The translations under genes were made by a program, and so were the position numbers. The notes under the pieces are model-generated. The model did no database searches and had not been told where the DNA came from. It worked only from the letters and a program-made list of their open reading frames with translations. Positions 1-9,350 of a DNA stretch of 64,000 nt are shown here, piece after piece; positions within the stretch are counted from its first letter, which is position 1; every line of letters begins with the position of its first letter. The stretch is from a virus. The stretch lies in the IMG/VR virus record IMGVR_UViG_3300028829_005098, positions 1 to 64,000 of that record; one strand, written 5' to 3'.

Positions 1-740
1 CTTTTTCTTGCTTCTTGCCAAATGCCATCAAATATTCCGTCAATAGAATCATCAAAAGTATTTAGATAACAACTACTCAACTGACTATGAGTTGTTCCAC
101 TATTAAACAAAGTTGGTGTGGAACTTACTACGTCAAACTGACTAAGTGTTTCATAAAACTTAATTGCATACTCTTGACGTTCTTCAGGTTTCTCGTTCAA
201 CGCAAGACCCATAGCAATACGCATCCACATTGCTTGTGGAGTTTCCATTCTACGACCTTCTATGTGCAGTAAATACCGATCATATATAGTTTGAATACCA
301 AGATACTTCCAATCTTTTTCTCGTTCAATATTCAATATACTACTAAGTTCACGTAAATCAAAACACTCAAGAAGTTGTTCGTCCAAAATTTCTTCACGGA
401 CTAATCTACGCATATTCGTAATAAAACTTTTCCGATACTGAAGTTCAAATGCATCACTATCCACTCCTTCACCGAATACTTCTTTGTAAATTGTATTAAG
501 AAGCATTCTTGCAGCCATATAAGCATAATTCGGTTCAAATTCAATTTTTGACCTAGCACTCATAATAAGAGATTTATCAATATCCATAGTTGTTACCTTA
601 TCAAACAACTTAATTTTTGCGTCAATTAGAACCTCACTAGCACTGACATTATCTAAATTCTTTGCAGCTCGTTCTGCACATTTGTTGATTTTATCAACAT
701 TAAAATTTTCTAGTCTACCGTTGCGTTTTTTTACTTTCAC
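1..740 (-). CDS. nrdA: Ribonucleotide reductase class Ia alpha subunit, 5' part (runs off window start; absent from ORF track)
   Basis: Manual translation from GTG at 740: VKVKKRNGRLENFNVDKIN (ATP cone) ... YDRYLL ... ETPQAMWMRIAMGLA ... STPTLFNSGTTHSQLSSCYL; frame open to the window edge. Confidence 0.93.
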   Translation of the reverse strand, partial: MKVKKRNGRLENFNVDKINKCAERAAKNLDNVSASEVLIDAKIKLFDKVTTMDIDKSLIMSARSKIEFEPNYAYMAARMLLNTIYKEVFGEGVDSDAFELQYRKSFITNMRRLVREEILDEQLLECFDLRELSSILNIEREKDWKYLGIQTIYDRYLLHIEGRRMETPQAMWMRIAMGLALNEKPEERQEYAIKFYETLSQFDVVSSTPTLFNSGTTHSQLSSCYLNTFDDSIDGIFDGIWQEARK

Positions 741-787
741 TTGTAACCTTTGTTTTGAATTTTATAGAAACATTATAATTTAATTAT

Positions 788-795
788 ATAAATAT
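788..795 (-). promoter_or_regulatory. ATATTTAT putative late-promoter motif upstream of nrdA
   Basis: Same octamer recurs in about 16 upstream regions in this window. Confidence 0.5.
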
Positions 796-843
796 ATTTT
801 ACGAAATGCATCGTAAAAATACATACTATATATACGAAATTTT

Positions 844-2259
844 TTATCCAATATCTGCCACATCTTCGTTATTATATGAATTTTTATTGTTCATTTGATC
901 GTACTTTGATTTTAAAATATTCTTTGTCCCATTCTCAGAATCATTCATTTCAACCATTATTTCCGCACCTTTTGTACTTTTTTCATCATATATTTCAATA
1001 ACACCAGAAGATGTGTCTACTCTACTTGGAAAAGTCATGCCATCTGCACCGAACCTATTTTTAATGACATGAAATCTACCTGTATTACTGACTTTGTCGG
1101 TTGCCTTTCTCGACAAACTTATAACAAAATCTGCCGTCATTATTTTACGATAACTATCAGCGACTTTTTGTGCTTCAATAATATTATCATCTAATGACGA
1201 ACGACTTGCTTGAGATGCCGTCCATACAGGTACTTGAAGTTCTCCTGCCAATCCTCGGAGATCTTCATAAATACCACCTTGCTCTACATATGTATTTGCA
1301 TTATTACCAACTCTTCCTGGTGATAAGATGTCCGCATAATCTATAACCACCATGTCAACAGGATAACCCATTGTTTTTGCTAAATTTGCATGAGCAAGAA
1401 TTGTACTAACTCCTACTCCTTTTGTTGGGTACTCTTTAATAAGAAGTTGTCCTTTGATATTTGAAATAATATTTTTCACCTTTTCTTTTTCTTCCACAAT
1501 ATCTTGAAAAGGTACTCCTGTAAAGCAACTATCGTAACGAAGTCCAACATAACACTCATTAAGTTCAAGGGTATAGTGTAAAACATTTTTACCACTAAGC
1601 ATAGCAGATTTACCGAGTGATGCTAAACACCAACTCTTACCTCCACCAGCACTACTGATAATCACACCGAGTTCACCGGGTCCTAATCCACCGTTTGTTA
1701 AATCATCAATAACTTCCCATCCTGTGTTAATGGTGTCACGTGCAGTTTCAGACATTCTTAGTTCAACATCTTTAAGATAGTCATGTCCCATGTTTCTTTC
1801 GGTTCCTGCTTTTAAAGCATCATCTACAATTCTTTTAATAGAATCATATTGACCACCTTTAAGAAAATCAACACTTTGCATAATAGCATTTTTAAGTTTT
1901 TGATTTTTGCAGAAATTAAGAAATTCATTTTTAACAAACTCGGCATCGTTTGTGTCAGTTTGTGTGAATATAGTTCTTAGATTATCTACCACTTCTGCTC
2001 GCAATGAATCAATTGTAATATCACCACACTTTATTTTAAATACATCAAGTGTTGCAGTTCGTTTATACACATCATAATGTTTAAGAATTTCCGAGACAAT
2101 CCACTTGTTTGCCTCACTTTCCCAATACATAGTTTCTATTATATCGTGTGTTCTATCAAGAAATGATTTATCATCAATTAAAGCACGAATTGTTTTGCTT
2201 TGAAATGCAGTACCAAACTTTTGTAGGGTATCCACATCGTTATTATTAGTCTCCGTCAT
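844..2259 (-). CDS. gp41: Replicative DnaB-family helicase (T4 gp41-like)
   Basis: Walker A SSAGGGKS, HYTLEL, VVIDYAD, VWTASQ, KNRFG motifs of SF4 helicases. Confidence 0.93.
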   Translation of the reverse strand: MTETNNNDVDTLQKFGTAFQSKTIRALIDDKSFLDRTHDIIETMYWESEANKWIVSEILKHYDVYKRTATLDVFKIKCGDITIDSLRAEVVDNLRTIFTQTDTNDAEFVKNEFLNFCKNQKLKNAIMQSVDFLKGGQYDSIKRIVDDALKAGTERNMGHDYLKDVELRMSETARDTINTGWEVIDDLTNGGLGPGELGVIISSAGGGKSWCLASLGKSAMLSGKNVLHYTLELNECYVGLRYDSCFTGVPFQDIVEEKEKVKNIISNIKGQLLIKEYPTKGVGVSTILAHANLAKTMGYPVDMVVIDYADILSPGRVGNNANTYVEQGGIYEDLRGLAGELQVPVWTASQASRSSLDDNIIEAQKVADSYRKIMTADFVISLSRKATDKVSNTGRFHVIKNRFGADGMTFPSRVDTSSGVIEIYDEKSTKGAEIMVEMNDSENGTKNILKSKYDQMNNKNSYNNEDVADIG

Positions 2260-2270
2260 ATTATTTAATT

Positions 2271-2299
2271 AGATTATCAGAAGCATCGTCTGTAATCAA
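2271..2299 (-). promoter_or_regulatory. Sigma70-like promoter for helicase
   Basis: TTGATT-17 nt-TAATCT with TG upstream of the -10. Confidence 0.45.
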
Positions 2300-2316
2300 G
2301 GATTTTCTTAAAAAAA

Positions 2317-3396
2317 TTAAGATTGTGAAGAAGTTGCATAGTTATTCAGAACGGTCCATGTTTCCATGATCCAATTATGGTGGTTTGGAAAGGCGGCCCA
2401 TAATTGGTCTTCTGCAAACTTTTTGCTAAATTCAAACTTGTTTAAAACTGAAACAGATGAATCTACATGATCAAAAATCTTTGTTTGAATACTAGCAGGC
2501 ATTATGCTATCTGTTAATTGCATTAAGTCGTAGTTTCTTTTTAACAACTCTTGAGTTTCTTCTTTTAGAAAGTTTTTAAAAAAAGGCATTTCTTTTTTTC
2601 GTTGTTCACATATATTGATTAAGTTTTCAACATTTAGTTTTTCTTCGGTGGCAAACTCAGGAAATGCAGTTTTTAGTTTCTTTTCACCTACACCTTTTAT
2701 TCCTGCAATATTGTCTCCCCTGTCTCCGTCTATTGTTCTGTATAATAAAAAGTTATTTGGATGTATTCCGTATTCAAATAAAACTTTTTCCGCAGTATAA
2801 ACTGTTCGTTTCGTTGGACTATAAACAGTTACATCTTCATCTACAAGTTGAAGAAAGTCTTTATCGGTACTCATAATAGTACACTTTTTCCCAAGACCAC
2901 TAAAATGAGTTCTAGCAAGTAAGGCAATTACATCATCTGCTTCAACATTATCTATGCAGATTGTAGTTACAGGAAGCAAGTTTAAATATTCAATTAGTTT
3001 TACTATTTGATATTTCATTGAACTTGACTCTTCTGTTTGATCCATGTCCAAACTTAATGCACGATTTACACGAAAACGAACATTCTTTTTCATTTTATAG
3101 TCAGGAAATATTTTTCTTCTTCGTGTACTTCCACCTTTTCCATCAAAAACAATTACACAACGTGTTGGTTTACGTAAACGTATTGCGTGTCCTATGCTTT
3201 TTAGGAAACCTGTATATCCACCTATGTGATCTCCGTTTTCGTTTGTGGTTGGATACATACTCCAAACTCGCATGAAAGTATTCATGCCATCTATTAGAAG
3301 TGTATCTGAATTTAAATCTCTATCATGTTTAAGTTCTGTTTTCTGTTCCTCAGAAAACTCTTGAAATAAACTGAAGATTTTATTCTTATCACTCAT
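2317..3396 (-). CDS. 5'-3' exonuclease / flap endonuclease (T4 RNase H, PolI 5'-nuclease family)
   Basis: LLIDGMN, VFDG, EADDVIA, STDKDFLQL, GDRGDNIAGIKGVGEK (H3TH) motifs. Confidence 0.92.
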   Translation of the reverse strand: MSDKNKIFSLFQEFSEEQKTELKHDRDLNSDTLLIDGMNTFMRVWSMYPTTNENGDHIGGYTGFLKSIGHAIRLRKPTRCVIVFDGKGGSTRRRKIFPDYKMKKNVRFRVNRALSLDMDQTEESSSMKYQIVKLIEYLNLLPVTTICIDNVEADDVIALLARTHFSGLGKKCTIMSTDKDFLQLVDEDVTVYSPTKRTVYTAEKVLFEYGIHPNNFLLYRTIDGDRGDNIAGIKGVGEKKLKTAFPEFATEEKLNVENLINICEQRKKEMPFFKNFLKEETQELLKRNYDLMQLTDSIMPASIQTKIFDHVDSSVSVLNKFEFSKKFAEDQLWAAFPNHHNWIMETWTVLNNYATSSQS

Positions 3397-4549
3397 CAGA
3401 CACCGTTGCTAATTCTTGTTCAACAATTGTATCGTTATCTTCAAACTTAACATCTTCGTCAATGACACTATTTGCAGATTCATACTGCATAACAACTTTG
3501 TCGCATATGTGATTATATAATTCTTCTTTTAGTTCAGGATTTTCTGCTAACAAAGTTGGAAATTCTTTTGCCATAAACTTGTGTTCGTTTTCTTTAGAAT
3601 CAACATAGGTATAGTATGCACCACCTTGCTTAAATACTTTATGAGTTTTAAGTGTGGAAATCCAACTTCCCAAATCATCAATACCACGATTGAAATAAAT
3701 TTCAAAGGCTGCTTTTTTTTGAGGAGGACCCATACGATTCTTAACGATTGTTGCTTCGCATTTGTTTCCAATTACATCGGTTGTGGAACCCTGTTTAATT
3801 TGACCAAGATTCTTCAAACGAAGACGAACACTTGCGTGGAATGCTAATGCCTTACCACCACTTGTTGTCCACGGATCACCAAACATAACTCCCATCTTTT
3901 GACGAAGTTGGTTAGTGAATACTAAAGCAATTTTTTGACGTCCAATTGTTGAAGTCAACTTACGCATTGCTTTACTGATTAAAATTGCTTTGGTTGTTGC
4001 AAATCCGTCTTTACTATAATCTGCGGACATTTCTACTTTTGTGGATGCGGCTGCAACACTATCTGTAACAATAGTAACAAGTCTATCTTTGTTGCTTTTA
4101 CGAATTGTTGCAATGATATTATCTATGGTCGCAAAAATATCTTCTACTGTGTCTACATGAACATACAATAGTTTGCTTGTATCAACACCAATAGCAGTAA
4201 GATACTCAATACTAACACTTGTTTCCGTGTCAATATACACTGCAACACCTCCCTTCTTTTGAGTTTCTGCTAGAATGTGACCACACAACAAACTTTTACC
4301 ACTTTGTTCTAGTCCTGTTACTTCTGTGATTCTTCCAACAGGAATTCCACCATTCGGTCGATTTGAAATTGCTAAATCTAGTAAACTGCTACCCGTTGAA
4401 ATCCATTCTGAAATCAACGACGGATCGTCCCCCTCGTTTAAAAAGAAGGCAACCTTACCTTCATCTTTATATGCGGTATTTAAACTATTTGCTAATACCG
4501 ATGCCAAGTCCTCGGAACTTGTTTTGCTTGTTTCTTTTTTTCTTGCCAT
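3389..4549 (-). CDS. uvsX: RecA/UvsX recombinase
   Basis: GRITEVTGLEQSGKS Walker A, YIDTE, DSVAA, FTNQLR, TTSGGKALAFHASVRL. Confidence 0.95.
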   Translation of the reverse strand: MARKKETSKTSSEDLASVLANSLNTAYKDEGKVAFFLNEGDDPSLISEWISTGSSLLDLAISNRPNGGIPVGRITEVTGLEQSGKSLLCGHILAETQKKGGVAVYIDTETSVSIEYLTAIGVDTSKLLYVHVDTVEDIFATIDNIIATIRKSNKDRLVTIVTDSVAAASTKVEMSADYSKDGFATTKAILISKAMRKLTSTIGRQKIALVFTNQLRQKMGVMFGDPWTTSGGKALAFHASVRLRLKNLGQIKQGSTTDVIGNKCEATIVKNRMGPPQKKAAFEIYFNRGIDDLGSWISTLKTHKVFKQGGAYYTYVDSKENEHKFMAKEFPTLLAENPELKEELYNHICDKVVMQYESANSVIDEDVKFEDNDTIVEQELATVSDE

Positions 4550-4565
4550 AAATTTAAAAGTTTAT

Positions 4566-4594
4566 GGGAGTGGTTGGGATTTCCAACCACTCCC
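4566..4594 (-). terminator. 12-bp GC-rich hairpin between SSB and uvsX (terminator or processing/stabilising stem)
   Basis: GGGAGTGGTTGG-GATTT-CCAACCACTCCC perfect inverted repeat just after the SSB stop. Confidence 0.65.
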
Positions 4595-4602
4595 GTTTTT
4601 TG

Positions 4603-5433
4603 TTAAGACTTAAACAACTCTTCAAAAGCAGCCTCTACATCTTCAGTTGAAGTTGCATTTGGTTTGCTTTTTTCAGAAGTCGTGCTTTCTGCGGTTGGTG
4701 CTGAAGCAACGGTTTTTTCTGTCGATTCAACAACAACATCAGAATCTACTGACTCGGCAGGAGGAGCATCTTCTTCAGATTCCCCACTTACCCACTTTTC
4801 AAGTGCGTCTTTTAATTCATCGTAACCAAGTTCTTGATAAATATCTGTAATTTCAGGTTGATTGTTAGCAACATTCTCTACGATATTTTTATTATCTGAA
4901 ATAGGTGATGTATTTGGTTTCACACGGATGTTTGTCTTTGGAAAAGAACGACCTGCTTCTTCTGCTGAAAGAAATTCAATTGTGATATCTCTTCCATTAG
5001 TTGCATCGGTGATGTCTCCATAATCGGGATCAGCAATAACACTTAATAGTTCTTGATAAACTTCTTTACCAAATCCCCAAAAACGAACTCCTTCTGCTTC
5101 TTCATCACGAACGATGACAGGTACAAATGTACGCATCTTCGGCATAAGAGAACGACCCATGCGGTAATCATCTTTGTCACCACTACGAGTTAACTTTTCA
5201 GCAAACTCAACGATTGGGTCAGGACGACCAAACGACTTTGGTGATAAGTATGTTCTATTATTGATTCCATAATGAAAATACAACTCAATAAATGGATTAT
5301 CGGGTTGATGCTTGTATGGTACAATACGAACTTGTTGCTTACCAGGTTGAGGTTTCCATTGATAGTTTTTGCGATTATTTGTCTGAGACAAATTATTCAA
5401 CTTTGCTTTTATTTTATTTAGGTCAATTGCCAT
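4603..5433 (-). CDS. gp32: Single-stranded DNA-binding protein (T4 gp32-like)
   Basis: WKP..G...VRIVP, PFIELYFHY, FWGFGKEVY, DITDATNGRDI, acidic C-tail ending AFEELF; next to uvsX. Confidence 0.88.
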   Translation of the reverse strand: MAIDLNKIKAKLNNLSQTNNRKNYQWKPQPGKQQVRIVPYKHQPDNPFIELYFHYGINNRTYLSPKSFGRPDPIVEFAEKLTRSGDKDDYRMGRSLMPKMRTFVPVIVRDEEAEGVRFWGFGKEVYQELLSVIADPDYGDITDATNGRDITIEFLSAEEAGRSFPKTNIRVKPNTSPISDNKNIVENVANNQPEITDIYQELGYDELKDALEKWVSGESEEDAPPAESVDSDVVVESTEKTVASAPTAESTTSEKSKPNATSTEDVEAAFEELFKS

Positions 5434-5474
5434 TGTATATTCCTTAATTTGTATTTGTTATTATTATTCTTAAT

Positions 5475-5503
5475 ATAATACTATTCGTTTTGAGTTTCGT
5501 CAA
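5475..5503 (-). promoter_or_regulatory. Sigma70-like promoter for the SSB-uvsX-exonuclease genes
   Basis: TTGACG-17 nt-TATTAT, then an A-rich leader with AAGGA RBS. Confidence 0.7.
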
Positions 5504-5518
5504 TCAGAATTATATTAA

Positions 5519-5749
5519 TCAAGAGAATTTTCCGCCATTTTCAACGAAATTGTAAAAGTCAGAAGCAACTTCTAATACTTCATGTGTAGTTGGTAATGGT
5601 GGCATATCAGGAGAAACTTTTTCAAAATTTGCATAACTTTGCAATTCTTCTTTTTCCATGTGCCATCTTTCCCATACCATTTCTTTTGCACTTTTTAGCA
5701 CTTCCAATCGAATACCGAGATTGGTTAATTTATCAGATTCATTTGTCAT
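5519..5749 (-). CDS. Small hypothetical protein of a type seen in T4-like phages
   Basis: IRLEVLKSAKEM ... PTTHEVLEVASDFYNFV pattern; ATATTTAT motif upstream at 5798-5805. Confidence 0.6.
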   Translation of the reverse strand: MTNESDKLTNLGIRLEVLKSAKEMVWERWHMEKEELQSYANFEKVSPDMPPLPTTHEVLEVASDFYNFVENGGKFS

Positions 5750-5820
5750 TTTTTCAATTATTATTATTCAATTACATTAACGAATTAATGCGTGTATATA
5801 AATATATTTCAGACTATGTT

Positions 5821-6603
5821 TTATGTCAATTTCAAAGCATTTTTTTGAATATTTTTTTCAATTCTTTCGCATGAAATTTCAACTGCTTTTTTGTTAATAT
5901 CACATCCTATGTATCTACGATTTAAAGAATTAGCAACATCAAGTGTTGTTCCACTTCCGCAATAAAAATCTGCAACTAAATCTCCTTCATTGCTACTTGC
6001 TTTTATTATTCTTTCAAGTATCTTTGGATGTTTTTCTGAATAATAATCAGTTTGTTTTTTAACTTTTAGTCCAGATGGAATATCATCCCATACATTTGTT
6101 GGAATTGTTCCAAGTGCTAACTTTTCTGCGGTGATATTGGGACGATCTTGTTTTTTACTAATTACAGATTTGTATGGAACTCGGATATCTAAATCATTAA
6201 AAACAAAATCGTTTGATTTTGTATACACAATTATATAGTCATGTTTTTTTGCAAATTCTTTTTTTCCACGGCCACCTATATTAAATTTTACTACAATTTG
6301 GTTTCTGAAATTACTATAACCGAATATGTCATCCATAATATTTCGTATCCAGTGAACGATACGTAAATCCATTTGAAGGTATATTGTTCCTGCATCTTTT
6401 AATACACGATGCATTTCTGTTAAACGTGGAATATAGTGTTGTTCTATAACTTTTTTAGTTGGAACTAAATCTTCATAATCTTTGAATATCTTTCCAGTTC
6501 CATATAAAATGTCACAATAAATTAAATTTAATTCATTAGACTTTATATTATTTAATAATTTTATATTATCACAACAATAGATGTTGTTTTCTTTTATTAT
6601 CAC
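5821..6603 (-). CDS. DNA N6-adenine/N4-cytosine methyltransferase (beta-class motif order)
   Basis: LIYCDILY at motif IV position, FRNQIV, KHDYIIVYTK, HPKILERIIKASSNEGDLVADFYCGSGTT (motif I), YIGCDIN. Confidence 0.85.
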   Translation of the reverse strand: MIIKENNIYCCDNIKLLNNIKSNELNLIYCDILYGTGKIFKDYEDLVPTKKVIEQHYIPRLTEMHRVLKDAGTIYLQMDLRIVHWIRNIMDDIFGYSNFRNQIVVKFNIGGRGKKEFAKKHDYIIVYTKSNDFVFNDLDIRVPYKSVISKKQDRPNITAEKLALGTIPTNVWDDIPSGLKVKKQTDYYSEKHPKILERIIKASSNEGDLVADFYCGSGTTLDVANSLNRRYIGCDINKKAVEISCERIEKNIQKNALKLT

Positions 6604-6605
6604 TA

Positions 6606-8171
6606 TTAAACTTTTCCACCTTCGTATCGTTTCATCTCACCATTATTGTAACGATAACGAACCTCAACCTCCACACTTTCTTTTGCTTCACCATATCCTT
6701 CTTCAATTACATCATAAGTAAGAATATTAATTGGTTTTTTTATTATTTCGTGTAGATATGCCATAGTACCTGTTGCATACTTTATATCAAGTGGACGACC
6801 TTCAAAATCATGTCTTAACAAAATTTCTGTATTTTTATATTTCATATTTTCAAGATAAATTACAGGACGACCCATATTAATATGTCTGTCTATTAATTTC
6901 TTTTTAATACGTTTATAGTCTTTGCTAACTACAACATATTTGTTGGTTGACTTATCAAGTGCATATTCAAAATACTCGTGCTTCTCACAAAAATCTCTTG
7001 TAAAAAATTCATTTAAAAATGTAACATCATTATAGTTCTCACGAACTTCATATAGTTTTTCACGACCTAGATTTAAGTTTTTATTCCAGTGAAGTTTTTC
7101 AAAACCATCATCACAATTTTCATACTCTTTTCCGAATTTACCTTTATTCCATCGGTCTTCAATATCACGCAACAAAGTATTTCCAAGTTTGTATGGATTG
7201 TTCATGTTATATTTACCACCCAAAACTCCTGCGTGGTGTTTTGCATAATCAAAAATACCATCGTCACCTGCAAAATTGCAAGTTGCCATTATATAAGAAT
7301 CCCAATAACTTGCCCAACCTTCGTTTAATACTTTTGTCATCCCCTGTGGTTGGTAGTAAATTGACTCATCACGAATCATACTTAAAATATTTTGTTGCCA
7401 AGGTTCTAAACGACAATGGTTGATAATGAATAACATAATATCTCGTTCAGGATGCAATGGAAACTTACTTTCGGCAAGTTTAGTTCTTTCTTCTCGTTCA
7501 CGACGTTGCTTTTCGATATAATGAGACGGATTTACATACTTCTGCATATATTCTTTTGTATCCATTCTTGATACGTGTTCACGTGGACGTCGGTCTTCAA
7601 AATTAAACTTTGTTGCTTTCTTTAAACTACTTTCACGATAGCACAATGATGGATCAATTAAATCGTCAATAGCAAGAGCCGCATTTAAAAAGTCTTTTAC
7701 CTTTTTGCGACCAAACCTATCCATGTACATACGAATTTTATCACTATGGTTTGCCATAACATTCATCATGTTACGATTCGTATGTTTGAACATAATATTA
7801 TTTTTAAAGAAGTCACTATGTGCAGTTGCGTGGGCAACAACTGTTAAATTATCAACAATAGGGTTGTTTCTTTGTAGATACATATAAGTTGGATCTGTGT
7901 TTACAACCATTTCGTAAATCTTACCCATACCTGAATGGTATTGATAGTGGAGTTGTTCAAATTGTTGTCCAAAATTAAAATGAGGATAACGAACTGGGAA
8001 TCCACCATAGGCTGCAATCTCAACTATTTCGTCCGCATCAAATTCTTCAATTACGAGTGGATATGGATCAAGTCCATTGTCATAACAGGCCTGTAAGCAT
8101 TCAGGTATTAACTTTGCTAACTCAGGACTTACTCCTTCGTTTAAACTATCGATTTCCCATGCAATTCCCAT
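6606..8171 (-). CDS. spoVR: SpoVR/YcgB family protein
   Basis: AYGGFPVRYPHFNFG, KIYEMVVNTDP, VVAHATAHSDFFKNN, TKVLNEGWASYW, NPYKLG. Confidence 0.95.
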   Translation of the reverse strand: MGIAWEIDSLNEGVSPELAKLIPECLQACYDNGLDPYPLVIEEFDADEIVEIAAYGGFPVRYPHFNFGQQFEQLHYQYHSGMGKIYEMVVNTDPTYMYLQRNNPIVDNLTVVAHATAHSDFFKNNIMFKHTNRNMMNVMANHSDKIRMYMDRFGRKKVKDFLNAALAIDDLIDPSLCYRESSLKKATKFNFEDRRPREHVSRMDTKEYMQKYVNPSHYIEKQRREREERTKLAESKFPLHPERDIMLFIINHCRLEPWQQNILSMIRDESIYYQPQGMTKVLNEGWASYWDSYIMATCNFAGDDGIFDYAKHHAGVLGGKYNMNNPYKLGNTLLRDIEDRWNKGKFGKEYENCDDGFEKLHWNKNLNLGREKLYEVRENYNDVTFLNEFFTRDFCEKHEYFEYALDKSTNKYVVVSKDYKRIKKKLIDRHINMGRPVIYLENMKYKNTEILLRHDFEGRPLDIKYATGTMAYLHEIIKKPINILTYDVIEEGYGEAKESVEVEVRYRYNNGEMKRYEGGKV

Positions 8172-8175
8172 GATA

Positions 8176-9330
8176 TTAAAAAGGTACTTCTTCGTTGGAA
8201 GGTGTTAATAATTTTTTAAGAGTTTTGAATACATCACTTGCGTCTTGCATTGTAGCAGTTACAATTTTTTCAGAATCTAATGTTCCTGTTGATATTTCTT
8301 TTTCAATGTGAGGTAAAAATGTTGCCCAACTACGAACTGCTTTTACTTCGGTTATTCCAATTAAATTAGCATACTTTTGCATTGTTTTCAAATACTCTAC
8401 ACATAAATCATTATCAGAACCAAAATTTTCTCCGTCACTTAAATAAAATACGTAGATATTCCACTCGTTTAACGGAAATGCTTTTTCAATGATATCATTA
8501 ACCAAATGAAACGCACTACTAATTTGTGTTCCACCACCACTTTTATATTTGTAGAATTTTTCTTGGTCAACTTCCTGTGCATGGTGATCGTGAACGATAT
8601 ATTTTACTTGTGTTTCCTGATAGAATCGTTGTACCCAATTATCAATATACCAACACAACTCACGAATTAATGAACGTTTTTCATCGTCCATACTTGCTGA
8701 TATATCTGATACAAAAAATATGGCCGCATTGGTATCAGGTATTTCAACAGAACTCCAACTACGAAATTCTTTATCTTCTTTAATTGGATAAAAGTTAGAT
8801 AAATCGTCTTCGTTGTAATCACCTGATGAAATTAATCGTTTGAATGCGTTCTTTAATGTTTTTCGTTTATGAAGAAGTGAATTGTTTCCGACTTTGGCAA
8901 TACGATTCCATTTAATTTTTTCTTTAACCATTTCACCATTTTCTTTTGGAAGCAAGTTAGGCAGTTGGAGTTCTTCTCCTATCATATCAAAATAAGCATC
9001 CATGCTAATTCCAACATCCATTTCACGACCGTCTCCACTTCCTTCACCACCTTCACCAGGTTGGTTTCCACCTTGTCCTTGTTGTTGAGGTCCGTCACCC
9101 ACTTCGTCACCTTCACTTACTTCACCATTGCCGATACCACCACCGTCGGATGGTGATCCGTAACGGAAACTTGGGAGTTCAATTTGAGGAACACGAACTA
9201 CCACGAAGTCTTTTCCTCTTCGTGATATGCGTTGACCACTCTTGATGTGCTTTTTTAATTTATCGTCTACATTGTCATGTACAATGTCACGATATTCACG
9301 ATGGTCTTCTCTGATTCTACGAGATGGCAT
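8176..9330 (-). CDS. yeaH: YeaH/YhbH (DUF444) vWA-domain protein
   Basis: Gly-rich N-region, ELQLPNL, MIDAS DISASM, SGGGTQISSA, WNIYVFYLSDGEN; lies between prkA and spoVR. Confidence 0.93.
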   Translation of the reverse strand: MPSRRIREDHREYRDIVHDNVDDKLKKHIKSGQRISRRGKDFVVVRVPQIELPSFRYGSPSDGGGIGNGEVSEGDEVGDGPQQQGQGGNQPGEGGEGSGDGREMDVGISMDAYFDMIGEELQLPNLLPKENGEMVKEKIKWNRIAKVGNNSLLHKRKTLKNAFKRLISSGDYNEDDLSNFYPIKEDKEFRSWSSVEIPDTNAAIFFVSDISASMDDEKRSLIRELCWYIDNWVQRFYQETQVKYIVHDHHAQEVDQEKFYKYKSGGGTQISSAFHLVNDIIEKAFPLNEWNIYVFYLSDGENFGSDNDLCVEYLKTMQKYANLIGITEVKAVRSWATFLPHIEKEISTGTLDSEKIVTATMQDASDVFKTLKKLLTPSNEEVPF

Positions 9331-9350
9331 AATGATGATTTTGTTGACTA

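Noticed and set aside
5434-5474. A-rich unstructured SSB leader as a T4 gene 32-type autogenous operator
   Set aside because: Plausible by analogy but indistinguishable from ordinary AT-rich intergenic DNA; no pseudoknot seen
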